Shown one piece after another: positions 42,578 through 54,405 of a stretch of DNA of 64,000 nucleotides. The position numbers were made by a program, and so were the translations under genes. The stretch lies in the NCBI GenBank assembly GCA_005768755.1, contig VAFL01000004.1, positions 189,894 to 253,893 on the forward strand, read 5' to 3'. The stretch is from Paracoccus denitrificans. GTDB lineage: Bacteria > Pseudomonadota > Alphaproteobacteria > Rhodobacterales > Rhodobacteraceae. The notes under the pieces were generated by a model. It searched no databases. It saw only the letters and a program-made list of their open reading frames with translations, and was not told the origin of the DNA. The stretch's first letter is position 1; the number at the start of each line of letters is the position of its first letter.

Positions 42578-43195
42578 ATGGCGATTTATCCCGATCTCAA
42601 CGCGCTGTCCGACCTGTCCGATCTGGTTCAGGTGCGCTTTCCTGACGATGTGCAATCGGCCACCACGGCTTTTGACGAACTGACAGTGACCGTCGGCTTG
42701 TCCGGTCTGCTGCGGGTCATCGAATTCCTGCAATCGGACGCGAATTGCCGGTTCTCGACGCTGATCGACATCACGGCAGTCGACCACCCGGAACGTCCTG
42801 CGCGGTTCGACGTGGTCTACCAGTTCCTGTCGATGTACAGAAACCAGCGCATCCGCGTGAAGGCCGCCGTCCGCGAGGACGAACTTGTGCCATCCGCCAC
42901 GGGCCTGTTCCCCGGCGCCGACTGGTACGAGCGGGAAGTCTTCGATCTGTTCGGCATCATGTTCTCGGGTCATCCTGACCTTCGCCGCATTCTGACCGAT
43001 TACGGTTTCCGCGGCTATCCGCTGCGCAAGGACTTCCCGACCACCGGCTATGTCGAGGTCCGCTATGACGAGTCGTTGAAGCGCGTCGTCTACGAGCCGG
43101 TGCGGCTGACGCAGGAATACCGGCAGTTCGATTTCCTGTCACCCTGGGAGGGCGCCAAATACGTCCTGCCCGGCGACGAAAAGACAGAGGGCTGA
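42578..43195 (+). CDS. nuoC: NADH-quinone oxidoreductase subunit C
   Basis: 205 aa. [12 protein letters not shown] motif. Confidence 0.94.
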   Translation: MAIYPDLNALSDLSDLVQVRFPDDVQSATTAFDELTVTVGLSGLLRVIEFLQSDANCRFSTLIDITAVDHPERPARFDVVYQFLSMYRNQRIRVKAAVREDELVPSATGLFPGADWYEREVFDLFGIMFSGHPDLRRILTDYGFRGYPLRKDFPTTGYVEVRYDESLKRVVYEPVRLTQEYRQFDFLSPWEGAKYVLPGDEKTEG

Positions 43196-43198
43196 TCC

Positions 43199-44434
43199 AT
43201 GGACGGCGATATTCGTGTCAACAGCTATGACGACGGTTCGGTCGATGCCCGCACCGAAGAGCAGGAAATCCGCAATTTCAACCTGAATTTCGGGCCTCAG
43301 CACCCGGCGGCCCATGGCGTGTTGCGCCTTGTCGTCGAACTTGACGGCGAGGTGGTCGAGCGCTGCGATCCCCATATCGGCCTGCTGCATCGCGGCACCG
43401 AAAAGCTTATGGAATCGCGCACTTACCTGCAGAACCTGCCGTATTTCGACCGGCTCGACTATTCGTCACCGCAGAATCAGGAACATGCCTGGTGTCTGGC
43501 CATCGAAAAGCTGACCGGGATCGAGGCGACGCCGCGCGCCAAGATCATCCGCGTTCTCTTCAACGAGATGGGGCGGATTCTGAACCACCTTCTGGGCATC
43601 ACCACCGGCGCGCTGGATATCGGCGCGCTGACACCGCCGCTTTGGGGGTTCAAGGCGCGCGAGGAACTGATGGTGTTCTGCGAACGCGCCTCGGGCGCGC
43701 GCCTGCACATGGCGTATTACCGGCCCGGTGGCGTGCATGAAGACCTGCCGCCCGATCTGATCGACGATATCGAAGCCTGGTGCGAGACTTTCCCGGCACT
43801 TGTCGACGACCTGAACACCCTGCTGACCGAAAACCGCATCGTGAAACAGCGCCTTGTTGATATCGGCATCGTGACCGAACAGGACGCGCTGAACTGGGGT
43901 TACACGGGCGTCATGGTCCGCGGCTCGGGCCTCGCATGGGATCTGCGCAAGTCGCAGCCCTATGATGGCTACGAGGAGTATGATTTCCAGATTCCCGTGG
44001 GCAAGAACGGCGATTGCTATGACCGGTATCTGGTCCGCATGGCCGAGATGCGCGAATCCTGCAAGATCATGAAGCAGGCGGTCGCAAAGCTGCGCGTGAC
44101 GAAGGGTGATGTGCTGGCCCGAGGCAAGTTGGCCCCGCCGAAACGGACGGCGATGAAGACGGACATGGAAAGCCTGATCCATCACTTCAAGTTGTATACC
44201 GAAGGGTTCAAGGTCCCCGCCGGCGAGGTCTATGCCGCAGTTGAGGCGCCCAAGGGCGAATTCGGCGTCTACCTGGTCTCGGACGGGACCAACAAGCCCT
44301 ATCGCGCCAAGCTGCGTGCGCCGGGCTTTGCCCATTTGCAGTCGATGGACTGGATGGCGACCGGTCATATGCTGTCTGATATCCCGGCCTTCATCGCAAC
44401 ACTTGATATCGTGTTCGGCGAGGTTGACAGATGA
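43199..44434 (+). CDS. nuoD: NADH-quinone oxidoreductase subunit D
   Basis: 411 aa. [14 protein letters not shown] and [12 protein letters not shown] motifs. Confidence 0.95.
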   Translation: MDGDIRVNSYDDGSVDARTEEQEIRNFNLNFGPQHPAAHGVLRLVVELDGEVVERCDPHIGLLHRGTEKLMESRTYLQNLPYFDRLDYSSPQNQEHAWCLAIEKLTGIEATPRAKIIRVLFNEMGRILNHLLGITTGALDIGALTPPLWGFKAREELMVFCERASGARLHMAYYRPGGVHEDLPPDLIDDIEAWCETFPALVDDLNTLLTENRIVKQRLVDIGIVTEQDALNWGYTGVMVRGSGLAWDLRKSQPYDGYEEYDFQIPVGKNGDCYDRYLVRMAEMRESCKIMKQAVAKLRVTKGDVLARGKLAPPKRTAMKTDMESLIHHFKLYTEGFKVPAGEVYAAVEAPKGEFGVYLVSDGTNKPYRAKLRAPGFAHLQSMDWMATGHMLSDIPAFIATLDIVFGEVDR

Positions 44435-44574
44435 GCACGTTACGTGTGGTCGCGATCCTGGGCCTGTCATTGACGATGCTGGCTGCGTGTCAGCGTGACC
44501 CTGAACGCGGTTTGTCGGCAGAACGGGCAGGGCCACTTGTGCTGAACCCGCAGGCACCCCCGCCCGCGCGGTAA
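44431..44574 (+). CDS. 47-aa putative lipoprotein (hand-found, below ORF-track cut-off)
   Basis: ATG 44431 overlaps the nuoD TGA (ATGA). Sequence [20 protein letters not shown]|[27 protein letters not shown] with canonical lipobox L-A-A-C. GC3 is about 68% by hand count. Confidence 0.55.
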   Translation: MSTLRVVAILGLSLTMLAACQRDPERGLSAERAGPLVLNPQAPPPAR

Positions 44575-44671
44575 GTTGTTTTCCGGCCAGCATGGCCGGT
44601 GCCAGAGGAAGGGCAAAGCAGGTGGCGGGATGCCCCTGCTGATCGCCATAGTAAGGAACGGATAGAAGAAG

Positions 44672-45838
44672 ATGCTTCGCCGCCTCAGCCCCATCCAGCC
44701 GGACTCGTTCGAGTTCACGCCAGCGAACCTTGACTGGGCGCGGGCGCAGATGACCAAATATCCCGAAGGTCGCCAGCAATCGGCCATCATTCCGGTTCTG
44801 TGGCGCGCGCAGGAACAGGAAGGCTGGCTGACCCGCGCCGCGATAGAATATTGCGCCGATCTGCTGGGCATGGCCTATATACGTGCGCTGGAAGTCGCGA
44901 CTTTCTACTTCATGTTCCAGCTGCAACCCGTTGGCACCGTTGCGCATATCCAAATTTGCGGCACGACGACCTGCATGATCTGTGGCGCCGGCGAACTGAT
45001 TGCGGTCTGCAAAGAGAAGATCGCGCCGCAAGCGCATATGCTGTCCGAGGACGGCAAGTTTTCGTGGGAAGAGGTCGAGTGCCTGGCCGCTTGCGCGAAT
45101 GCCCCCATGGCGCAGATCGGCAAGGATTACTACGAGGATCTGACGGCCGATAAGCTGGCCCAACTGATCGACGCGATGGCATCCGGCAAGGTTCCCGTTC
45201 CGGGCCCGCAGGACGGCCGCTTCTCGTCCGAGCCGAAAACAGGCCAGAACGCGCTGATGGATCTGGTCCCGGCGTCAGAGGCTGATAACGCATCGGTCGC
45301 GCTGGCCATCGACCTGAAGGATACACTGAAGCGCATCGATGGGACCGAAGTGCCGATCCTCACGCCGTGGATTGCCCGGCCGGAAGGTGCTACAGACGAT
45401 CAGACCGGCAAGAATACCCAAGCCGAGGAAGAGCCACGTCCCGCCGAAGGCCTTCCCGTCGACGAGACCGGCATCACGGAACAGGAAGCGCCGGTGGAAT
45501 CTGCCGCAGCCCCCGAGAAAGAGGCTGAAGACGCCGCTGCGGTTGCCGATCGCGCCGATGACCAGCCTGCCATCACCGGCCGCCAACCCCTGAAGCTGGA
45601 GGCGCCACGAGAGGGGGGGGCCGATGACCTGAAAGAAATTTCCGGTGTCGGTCCGTCGCTGGAGACGTTGCTTCACAGCCTTGGCATCTATCATTTCGAT
45701 CAGATCGCAAATTGGGACGATGCGGAAATTGCCTGGGTTGACGAGAACCTGGAGGGCTTCAAGGGCCGGGTCAGCCGCGACGAATGGGTTCGGCAGGCGA
45801 GGCAATTTGTCAAGGAACGTGACGGCAAGACCAGCTAG
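44672..45838 (+). CDS. nuoE: NADH-quinone oxidoreductase subunit E with ~150-aa C-terminal extension
   Basis: 388 aa. 2Fe-2S ligands CGTTTCMIC ... [10 protein letters not shown] in the first ~165 aa, then an acidic/Pro linker and an HhH-like module (aa 317-380). Confidence 0.93.
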   Translation: MLRRLSPIQPDSFEFTPANLDWARAQMTKYPEGRQQSAIIPVLWRAQEQEGWLTRAAIEYCADLLGMAYIRALEVATFYFMFQLQPVGTVAHIQICGTTTCMICGAGELIAVCKEKIAPQAHMLSEDGKFSWEEVECLAACANAPMAQIGKDYYEDLTADKLAQLIDAMASGKVPVPGPQDGRFSSEPKTGQNALMDLVPASEADNASVALAIDLKDTLKRIDGTEVPILTPWIARPEGATDDQTGKNTQAEEEPRPAEGLPVDETGITEQEAPVESAAAPEKEAEDAAAVADRADDQPAITGRQPLKLEAPREGGADDLKEISGVGPSLETLLHSLGIYHFDQIANWDDAEIAWVDENLEGFKGRVSRDEWVRQARQFVKERDGKTS

Positions 45839-45863
45839 AATCAACGATACCTCAACGGGGTGA

Positions 45864-47000
45864 ATGATGTTCAAGAACGAATGCTCTCGCAATTGCTGGC
45901 TGGCGGCCGCTGTGGTCGGCCTGGCCGTCTGGCTGTTCAACGCCACGTTGGTCGGCGGTTTCGTTCTGGGACTGATCGCGTTCGTTCTGCTTGGCTCTGC
46001 TCTGATCTGGCTGGTCTGCAACGGTCGCGGAGGCGCGACCGAGGATGCCGCGGTCATGGCCGGTGATGGAACTGCCCAGGCTTCTGTGGGGGATGGTGTG
46101 CTGCACCGGGCCGAGCAGGCGGTGGTCGACGCGAGCAACGCGTTTGCTACAGGCACCGCGGCCGCTGTCGCAAAGGGGCGCGAAGCCTGGCAGGACATGC
46201 GCGATGACGCGAAGACGCCAGATCGCGACGATGACAGTCGCAAAGATCGGCATGACGACGATGACCATGACGACGATGACGATGACGATGACGATGAAAG
46301 CATCCTCGAACGTGCCGAGGAGCGTCTGGAAAAGGCGGGCGAAGCCGTAAAGGACGCAATGGGGGCACTGGCCGCTCGCGGGAAAGAGGCGATCAGTTCC
46401 TTGAAATCGCGCAGTGAGGCCGAAGATCAGCCAACTGCCGAAGCACCGCCCGCCGCGCTGTCAGAAAGCGTTTCGCCGTCCGGCCAGTCAGCCGTCCCCA
46501 CCGACCCGGCGGAGGCAGAGCACCGGGCCGAGCCGTCAGGTTCGGGCGTTGCGAAGTCAGAAGTTTCTCAGTCGGCACCTGTGGCAGAGCCCTCGCCCGC
46601 CAGGGACGAGGTGGAAGCGCTGACCGAAATGCCCGAGGATGTGCCGTCCAAATCCGAAATTGAACAGGTCAAGGCGGAAAGCCCAACGCCCAGGACCGAA
46701 GCGGAGAAGCCGCAGGCGACACAGCCCGCAACCGGGATGTCCAGGACCGATGAAGCCGACGACCTTAAGGAAATCAAGGGCATCGGCCCCGCGTTGGAGG
46801 CGACGCTGCACGAAAACGACGTGACCAGTTTCGCCCAGATCGCCGCGTGGAGCGAAACCGATATCGACCATTACGCCGAACTGATCGGGCGCATGGGCGG
46901 TCGGATTCGTAGCGATGACTGGGTGGCGCAGGCCAAGGTTCTGGCGAAAGGGGGCGAGACAGAGTTCTCGCGCCGGGTCGACAAGGGCGAGGTCTATTGA
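45864..47000 (+). CDS. Membrane-anchored acidic protein with NuoE-extension-like C-terminal module
   Basis: 378 aa. Two N-terminal TM helices, an Asp/His tract, and a Glu/Pro/Ala-rich linker. The C-terminal ADDLKEIKGIGPALE...DDWVAQAK aligns to NuoE aa 317-380. Confidence 0.75.
   Translation: MMFKNECSRNCWLAAAVVGLAVWLFNATLVGGFVLGLIAFVLLGSALIWLVCNGRGGATEDAAVMAGDGTAQASVGDGVLHRAEQAVVDASNAFATGTAAAVAKGREAWQDMRDDAKTPDRDDDSRKDRHDDDDHDDDDDDDDDESILERAEERLEKAGEAVKDAMGALAARGKEAISSLKSRSEAEDQPTAEAPPAALSESVSPSGQSAVPTDPAEAEHRAEPSGSGVAKSEVSQSAPVAEPSPARDEVEALTEMPEDVPSKSEIEQVKAESPTPRTEAEKPQATQPATGMSRTDEADDLKEIKGIGPALEATLHENDVTSFAQIAAWSETDIDHYAELIGRMGGRIRSDDWVAQAKVLAKGGETEFSRRVDKGEVY
46254..46295 (+). repeat. 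(GAY)n trinucleotide tract encoding poly-Asp
   Basis: GACGACGATGACCATGACGACGATGACGATGACGATGACGAT encodes DDDDHDDDDDDDDD within ORF 45864..47000. Confidence 0.85.
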
Positions 47001-47230
47001 TGGCTGTGCGCACGGCTCAGGATGCGGCACAGTTACGGCTGGCCGCGCTGGTCATGGCGGCAACTGCGCTTCTGTGGCTGGCAGCGAATTGGGCCGGGCA
47101 GCGTTTCGGCTGGCCGTCGAGCTATGCGTTCCTCGCGGATCTGGCCGCGATGGGTGGTTTTGTCTGGTCGCTGCTGGTGACCTGGCGTATCTGGCAGCGC
47201 AGCAAGTCGCGGCCGGGCAAGGAAGGATAA
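47000..47230 (+). CDS. Small two-TM protein upstream of nuoF
   Basis: 76 aa from ATG 47000 (TGATG junction with the previous ORF). LAALVMAATALLWLAANW and LAAMGGFVWSLLVTW helices. Ends 6 nt before nuoF. Confidence 0.65.
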   Translation: MAVRTAQDAAQLRLAALVMAATALLWLAANWAGQRFGWPSSYAFLADLAAMGGFVWSLLVTWRIWQRSKSRPGKEG

Positions 47231-48535
<1,305 letters not shown>

Positions 48536-48543
48536 GCGACAGA

Positions 48544-48969
48544 ATGACGACGAGAGAAACAATCGGCCTTATCAGAAGATGCGCGTCCGGAACCTGCTTT
48601 ATGCTGGGTGCTTTTGCGCTGGCTGGTTGTGGTGTCGAAGCGGATAACGCGTTCGACCCTGTCTTTCTGACGGCGAATGGCCTTGATCTGAAAATCTATT
48701 TCGAGCCCGACCTGATCTATGCTCCGGTTGCCGAGGTGGAAAATGGTGATGGCACCGTGTCAATTATCGAACCCATTTACGTTCCGGGAGGCCTTGCCGT
48801 GGCCCGCGTGGGCGGACTTTCACTGGTCGATAGCGACGAAGCCAATGCTCGGGAAGCGGCGGAGTATTATTGCGCAAAGATGGGCGAGCGCCCGATAACG
48901 TTCGGGTTCGCCGACGTTGGGGATCAAGATTCGCTTCGTGTCTGGCAGTTCCAGGGTTGCGACCGATGA
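48544..48969 (+). CDS. Putative lipoprotein, unknown function
   Basis: Track ORF 48283..48969 trimmed to ATG 48544 (141 aa). Lipobox L-A-G-C in FMLGAFALAGCGVE. Confidence 0.65.
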   Translation: MTTRETIGLIRRCASGTCFMLGAFALAGCGVEADNAFDPVFLTANGLDLKIYFEPDLIYAPVAEVENGDGTVSIIEPIYVPGGLAVARVGGLSLVDSDEANAREAAEYYCAKMGERPITFGFADVGDQDSLRVWQFQGCDR

Positions 48970-49057
48970 GACTCACGCTTTCCTCACCGCTCCGTGTCGG
49001 GCCGTCGGCCCGTGGCCGTGGTAAGGCTGTCTCCATAAGCAAATGGAGGCAGCAGCC

Positions 49058-49459
49058 ATGAAGAAACTGATCGCAATCGTCCTGACCGCCGCAACGCTCG
49101 CCCAGCCAGCGCTGGCGCAGGCGCCGCTTTCGCAGGAGCGTTACATCAATGACCGGCTGATCGCCGCGCGGGTGGCTGACCGCGTGCGCCGCGAATGCCC
49201 GTCAATCGACGCGCGCATCGTCTACGCCTGGGGGCAGGCGCGCGCGTTGAAACGCTATGCGCAGGACAAGGGCTATTCCTCGGCCCAGATCGACGCATTT
49301 CTTGATAGCAAGCAGGACAAGGACCGCATCTATGCTGCGGCCGAGGACTATCTGACCCGTAACGGTGCGCGTAAGGGGGATGCCGAATCCTTCTGCCGCA
49401 TCGGTCGGGCCGAAATCGCAAGCAAGTCGGTCGCCGGATCACTTCTGGTGGCCAAGTAA
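49058..49459 (+). CDS. Exported small protein, unknown function
   Basis: Track ORF trimmed to ATG 49058 with a GGAGG SD 8 nt upstream (133 aa). Signal peptide [20 protein letters not shown]|QA. Two Cys. Confidence 0.7.
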   Translation: MKKLIAIVLTAATLAQPALAQAPLSQERYINDRLIAARVADRVRRECPSIDARIVYAWGQARALKRYAQDKGYSSAQIDAFLDSKQDKDRIYAAAEDYLTRNGARKGDAESFCRIGRAEIASKSVAGSLLVAK

Positions 49460-49469
49460 GGACGTAAAC

Positions 49470-51494
49470 ATGGCAGATCTGCGCACAATCAAGATCGACG
49501 GCAAGGAAATCGAGGTCGATCCGAACCTGACCCTGATTCAGGCCTGCGAACTGGCCGGGGTCGAGATCCCGCGTTTCTGCTATCACGAACGGTTGTCCAT
49601 CGCCGGCAACTGCCGCATGTGCCTGGTCGAAGTGGTGGGCGGCCCGCCCAAACCTGCCGCTTCTTGCGCGATGCAGGTCAAGGACCTGCGGCCCGGCCCG
49701 GAAGGCGCGCCGTCCGAGGTGCTGACCAATTCTCCGATGGTCAAGAAAGCCCGCGAAGGCGTGATGGAATTCCTGCTGATCAACCACCCGCTGGATTGCC
49801 CCATCTGCGATCAGGGCGGCGAATGTGACCTGCAGGATCAGGCGATGGCCTATGGCATCGACTTCTCGCGCTATCGCGAACCCAAGCGCGCCAGTCAGGA
49901 CCTGAACCTTGGTCCGCTGGTTGAAACGCATATGACTCGCTGCATTTCCTGCACGCGCTGCGTCCGCTTCACGACCGAAGTCGCGGGCATCACCCAGATG
50001 GGGCAGACCGGTCGCGGCGAAGACAGCGAGATCACCAGCTATCTGAACGAGACGCTGGCCTCGAACATGCAGGGCAATATCATCGACCTCTGCCCGGTCG
50101 GTGCGCTTGTGTCGAAGCCCTATGCCTTCACCGCCCGCCCGTGGGAGCTGACGAAGACGGAAAGCATCGACGTCATGGACGCCCTTGGCAGCAATATCCG
50201 GGTCGATACCAAGGGCCGCGAAGTGATGCGTATCCTGCCGCGCAACAATGACGCGGTGAATGAGGAATGGATCAACGACAAGACCCGTTTCGTCTGGGAT
50301 GGCCTGCGCCGTCAGCGGCTGGACAAGCCCTATATCCGTGAAAACGGCCGCCTGCGCCCGGCCAGCTGGGCGGAAGCCCTGTCGGCGGCGGCGGCCGCGA
50401 TGAAGGGCGGCAAGCTGGCCGGACTTATCGGTGATCTTGTCCCGGTCGAAGCCGCGTTCAGCCTGAAGCAACTGGTCGAAGGACTGGGCGGGACGGTTGA
50501 ATGTCGCGTCGACGGGGCGAAACTGCCGGCGGGCAACCGCTCGGGCTATGTCGGGACCGCAACCATTGCTGATATCGACGATGCGGCGATGATCCAGCTG
50601 ATCGGGACCAACCCCAGAACCGAGGCGCCGGTATTGAATTCACGCATCCGCGCCGCATGGGCGCGCGGCGCGAAAATCGGGCTGATCGGTGAAGCGGTCG
50701 ATCTGACCTATGATCACGCACATTTGGGCAATGACCGCGCGGCGCTTGAAAAGCTGTCCTCGCAGGACATCAGTCAGGAAACGAAGGACAAGCCCACGCT
50801 GGTCATCGTCGGGCAGGGCGCGCTCTGTGACGCCGATGGCGAGGCCGTGCTGGCCCATGCGATGCAACTGGCCGCGAATTCGCATTCGAAGCTGCTGGTG
50901 CTGCACACCGCTGCGGGTCGTGTCGGCGCGATGGATGTGGGTGCCGTGACCGACGGCGGGATCGACGCCGCGCTTGACGGGGCCGAGGTGGTCTTCAATC
51001 TGGGCGTGGACGAGGTTGACCTGGCCCCGGGCTCGTTCGTGATTTATCAGGGCAGCCATGGTGATCGCGGTGCGCATCGCGCCGATATCATCCTGCCGGG
51101 CGCCTGCTATACTGAAGAAAACGCGCTGTTCGTGAATACCGAAGGTCGCCCCCAACTTGCGATGCGCGCGAATTTCGCGCCGGGCGATGCGCGCGAGAAC
51201 TGGGCGATCCTGCGGGCCTTGTCGGCGGAACTGGGGCAGACACTGCCGTGGGACAGTCTGGCTGGTTTGCGCCGCGCGCTGATTGCCGAGGTTCCGCATC
51301 TGGCCGAGCTTGATGTCGTTGCCGAAACAGCGCTGCAGGCGCTTCCGGTTACGGCGATGGACAGCGGCGCTTTCGGCTATGCCATCAAGGATTTTTACCT
51401 GACCAACGCGATCACACGCGCCTCTCCGCTGATGGCAGAATTGTCGGCCATGGCGGCAGCGCGCGCCGCCGACGGCAAACTGGCGGCGGAATAG
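49470..51494 (+). CDS. nuoG: NADH-quinone oxidoreductase subunit G
   Basis: Track ORF trimmed to [16 protein letters not shown] (674 aa). 2Fe-2S and 4Fe-4S Cys clusters ([29 protein letters not shown]). Confidence 0.95.
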   Translation: MADLRTIKIDGKEIEVDPNLTLIQACELAGVEIPRFCYHERLSIAGNCRMCLVEVVGGPPKPAASCAMQVKDLRPGPEGAPSEVLTNSPMVKKAREGVMEFLLINHPLDCPICDQGGECDLQDQAMAYGIDFSRYREPKRASQDLNLGPLVETHMTRCISCTRCVRFTTEVAGITQMGQTGRGEDSEITSYLNETLASNMQGNIIDLCPVGALVSKPYAFTARPWELTKTESIDVMDALGSNIRVDTKGREVMRILPRNNDAVNEEWINDKTRFVWDGLRRQRLDKPYIRENGRLRPASWAEALSAAAAAMKGGKLAGLIGDLVPVEAAFSLKQLVEGLGGTVECRVDGAKLPAGNRSGYVGTATIADIDDAAMIQLIGTNPRTEAPVLNSRIRAAWARGAKIGLIGEAVDLTYDHAHLGNDRAALEKLSSQDISQETKDKPTLVIVGQGALCDADGEAVLAHAMQLAANSHSKLLVLHTAAGRVGAMDVGAVTDGGIDAALDGAEVVFNLGVDEVDLAPGSFVIYQGSHGDRGAHRADIILPGACYTEENALFVNTEGRPQLAMRANFAPGDARENWAILRALSAELGQTLPWDSLAGLRRALIAEVPHLAELDVVAETALQALPVTAMDSGAFGYAIKDFYLTNAITRASPLMAELSAMAAARAADGKLAAE

Positions 51495-51509
51495 GGGCCA
51501 GAGGGTGGG

Positions 51510-52298
51510 ATGCGCCACAGGCAGATCATCGGGATGGGCGCCATGACCGCGCTTGCTGCCGTGCTCAGCGCATGCGGCGCCTCGGATGCCGGGCTGGCGC
51601 AGCCACCGCGCGCCAAGCCGGCGACGCTGCCCGTCAGGCTTGAGGGGCCCACGGCAGACACTTCGATCCTTGCCGGCGTCTCGACCAAAAGCGGCGAATT
51701 GCTGATTCTGGAAAATGACGGCTCGGTCACGCGGACGAAGGTCGATTCCGATCAGGGCCGGCAGACGCTGCGCCAGACGGATGCGGCGATTTTCAGCCTG
51801 ACCGACGTGCTGGTCGAGGATACCTCGGTCCCGTTGGAGGACCTGCCCAAACCGCCGCGCGCGCAGGATATCGCGATCGAGGAATTCGCCGCCCGGCGCA
51901 GCACCGCCTTGCCTGCGCGGATTGGACGGGCGCCGGAAGACGCTTTCCTGGGCGGCGCCGTCGTGAAGATTGCGCAGCCAGGCCGGAAGGGCGGCGGCGA
52001 CATGGTCTCTGTGCAGGTCAGGCTGCGGCAGGGGGTGGACGAAAGTACCGCTTTTGCCTATGCCACCTGCACCCTGGCCGCATGGGCCAAGACGTCGAAT
52101 ACGCCATATGGGCGCCACATCCGCACGGTTTTCGCCGAAGACGGGGGCGTCGTATCGGCGGAATCGATTTTCACCATGTCGAAATCGACGCCTCTGGGCT
52201 TGCGCGTCATGGAACAAGAACAGACCCTGCAAGAGTGCAGGGCACATGGCATACCTGCCCGCGTTGCTGCGGTCGGGCCTGTGAAAGGGACGAATTAG
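51510..52298 (+). CDS. Putative lipoprotein, unknown function
   Basis: 262 aa. Lipobox L-S-A-C in [14 protein letters not shown]. Fills the nuoG-nuoH gap exactly, ending 1 nt before nuoH. Confidence 0.7.
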   Translation: MRHRQIIGMGAMTALAAVLSACGASDAGLAQPPRAKPATLPVRLEGPTADTSILAGVSTKSGELLILENDGSVTRTKVDSDQGRQTLRQTDAAIFSLTDVLVEDTSVPLEDLPKPPRAQDIAIEEFAARRSTALPARIGRAPEDAFLGGAVVKIAQPGRKGGGDMVSVQVRLRQGVDESTAFAYATCTLAAWAKTSNTPYGRHIRTVFAEDGGVVSAESIFTMSKSTPLGLRVMEQEQTLQECRAHGIPARVAAVGPVKGTN

Positions 52299-52299
52299 A

Positions 52300-53334
52300 A
52301 TGGCAGGTTTCTGGTCATCCGGATTGGGTTTCGCAATCATCATGCTGGCTCAGGGGCTGGCCGTCATTGCATTCGTGATGATCTCGCTGATCTTCATGGT
52401 TTACGGCGACCGCAAGATCTGGGCTGCCGTTCAGATGCGCCGTGGCCCGAACGTCGTGGGTCCCTGGGGGCTGCTGCAGACATTTGCGGATGCGCTGAAA
52501 TACGTGCTGAAGGAAATCGTCGTCCCGGCAGGTGCCGACAAGTTCGTGTTCTTCCTGGCCCCGTTCCTGTCGATGGTGCTGGCGCTGATCGGTTTCGTCG
52601 CGGTCCCGTTTGGCCCCGGCTGGGTCATGGCCAATATCAACGTGGGCATCCTGTTCATTTTCGCCATGTCCAGCCTTGAGGTTTACGGCGTTATCATGGG
52701 CGGCTGGGCCTCGAACTCGAAATATCCGTTCCTTGCGGCGCTGCGCTCGGCCTCGCAGATGATTTCGTATGAGGTCAGCATGGGGCTGATCATCATCGGC
52801 ATCATCATCTCGGCCGGTTCGATGAACCTGTCGGTGATCGTTGAATCGCAGGCAGGCGCCGGGTTGCTTTCGTGGTACTGGCTGCCGCACTTGCCGATGC
52901 TGGCGCTGTTCTTCGTGTCGGCGCTGGCAGAGACGAACCGCCCGCCTTTCGATCTGGCGGAAGCGGAATCGGAACTGGTCGCCGGTCACATGGTTGAATA
53001 CGGCTCGACCCCGTATCTGCTGTTCATGGCCGGTGAATATATCGCCATCTACCTGATGTGCGCGCTGATCTCGATTTTCTTCTTCGGGGGTTGGCTGTCG
53101 CCGATTCCGGGGCTGCCCGACGGCGTCATCTGGATGGTCCTGAAGATGTGGTTCTGGTTCTGGATGTTCTCGATGGTGAAGGCCATCGTGCCGCGCTATC
53201 GCTATGATCAGCTGATGCGGATCGGCTGGAAGGTGTTCCTGCCGCTGTCGCTTGGCTGGGTTGTCTTCGTGGCGATCATGGCGCGTTATGAAATTCTTGG
53301 CGGGTTCTGGACCCGCGCAACAGTCGGAGGCTGA
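52300..53334 (+). CDS. nuoH: NADH-quinone oxidoreductase subunit H
   Basis: 344 aa. [16 protein letters not shown]-type N-terminus and [19 protein letters not shown] motif. Confidence 0.95.
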   Translation: MAGFWSSGLGFAIIMLAQGLAVIAFVMISLIFMVYGDRKIWAAVQMRRGPNVVGPWGLLQTFADALKYVLKEIVVPAGADKFVFFLAPFLSMVLALIGFVAVPFGPGWVMANINVGILFIFAMSSLEVYGVIMGGWASNSKYPFLAALRSASQMISYEVSMGLIIIGIIISAGSMNLSVIVESQAGAGLLSWYWLPHLPMLALFFVSALAETNRPPFDLAEAESELVAGHMVEYGSTPYLLFMAGEYIAIYLMCALISIFFFGGWLSPIPGLPDGVIWMVLKMWFWFWMFSMVKAIVPRYRYDQLMRIGWKVFLPLSLGWVVFVAIMARYEILGGFWTRATVGG

Positions 53335-53339
53335 TACCC

Positions 53340-53510
53340 ATGTCGGAGCAAACCATCGCACAAGCCCTTGTGAAAGCCAGCGAAACCGACAAAGCCGAAT
53401 TTGCGCATTTCCTGGCCGATCATGCCGGTCTGGACCGCGATTCAGAACATGTTCGCTTGCTGGTTGCCGCGTTTGACCGCTTTGTGGCCGAACGGCTGAA
53501 GGATCGCTGA
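53340..53510 (+). CDS. 56-aa soluble helical small protein (hand-found, below ORF-track cut-off)
   Basis: ATG 53340 with a GGAGG SD 9 nt upstream. Sequence [56 protein letters not shown]. The stop lies 2 nt before the nuoI ATG. Confidence 0.5.
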   Translation: MSEQTIAQALVKASETDKAEFAHFLADHAGLDRDSEHVRLLVAAFDRFVAERLKDR

Positions 53511-53512
53511 TC

Positions 53513-54004
53513 ATGGCACTCGATCTTGCCCGGGCGACAAAATATTTCCTGATGTGGGATTTCATCAAGGGCTTCGGTCTTGGGGTGAAATATTTTTTCG
53601 GTCCGAAGGAAACCATCAACTACCCCCACGAAAAGGGTCCGCTTTCGCCGCGTTTCCGAGGCGAGCATGCGCTGCGCCGCTATCCCTCGGGAGAGGAACG
53701 CTGCATTGCGTGCAAGCTATGCGAGGCGATCTGCCCTGCGCAGGCAATCACGATTGACGCCGAACCCCGTGACGATGGCAGCCGTCGCACGACGCGCTAT
53801 GACATCGACATGACGAAATGCATCTATTGCGGCTTCTGTCAGGAAGCCTGCCCGGTCGATGCCATCGTCGAAGGCCCCAATTTCGAATTTGCCACCGAAA
53901 GCCGCGAAGAGCTGTTCTACGACAAGCAGAAACTGCTTGAGAACGGGGACCGCTGGGAGCCGGAGATCGCGCGAAATCTTTATCTGGATGCGCCTTACCG
54001 ATGA
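53513..54004 (+). CDS. nuoI: NADH-quinone oxidoreductase subunit I
   Basis: 163 aa. Two ferredoxin motifs, [12 protein letters not shown] and [12 protein letters not shown]. Confidence 0.95.
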   Translation: MALDLARATKYFLMWDFIKGFGLGVKYFFGPKETINYPHEKGPLSPRFRGEHALRRYPSGEERCIACKLCEAICPAQAITIDAEPRDDGSRRTTRYDIDMTKCIYCGFCQEACPVDAIVEGPNFEFATESREELFYDKQKLLENGDRWEPEIARNLYLDAPYR

Positions 54005-54405
54005 ACGATGCCTTCTCACGCCTGTTTCAGCAGATGCTCCAATCGGGGCAGGAGATGGCGCGCAGCTTCAACCCGGCGCTGGAACAGGTCGACACGCGGG
54101 CCTTTGAAAAGCTGGTCCCGACAATGCCTGCCGATGTGCTGGAAATGTGGTTCGGGCGCACGTTCAACCGTGAAGGGCTGGACGCGAAGACCCGCCTGCT
54201 GCTGACCATCGGCGCGATCACCGTGCAGGGCGCATTGGCAGAGCCGCAGTTGCGCCTGACCATCCGTCAGGCACTGGAAGCAGGGGCAACGAAGCGTGAG
54301 ATCGCGGAAACAATCTATCAGATGAGCATGTTCGCGGGTCTGCCCGCCATGCAGAAGGCGCTGGAAATCGCTGCAAGCGTCTATGACGAGGAGGACGAGG
54401 CATGA
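54001..54405 (+). CDS. Carboxymuconolactone decarboxylase (CMD/AhpD-fold) family protein, Cys-less
   Basis: 134 aa. [19 protein letters not shown] ... [24 protein letters not shown] is typical of the CMD fold. No Cys in the protein. ATGA overlaps with both nuoI and nuoJ. Confidence 0.75.
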   Translation: MNDAFSRLFQQMLQSGQEMARSFNPALEQVDTRAFEKLVPTMPADVLEMWFGRTFNREGLDAKTRLLLTIGAITVQGALAEPQLRLTIRQALEAGATKREIAETIYQMSMFAGLPAMQKALEIAASVYDEEDEA

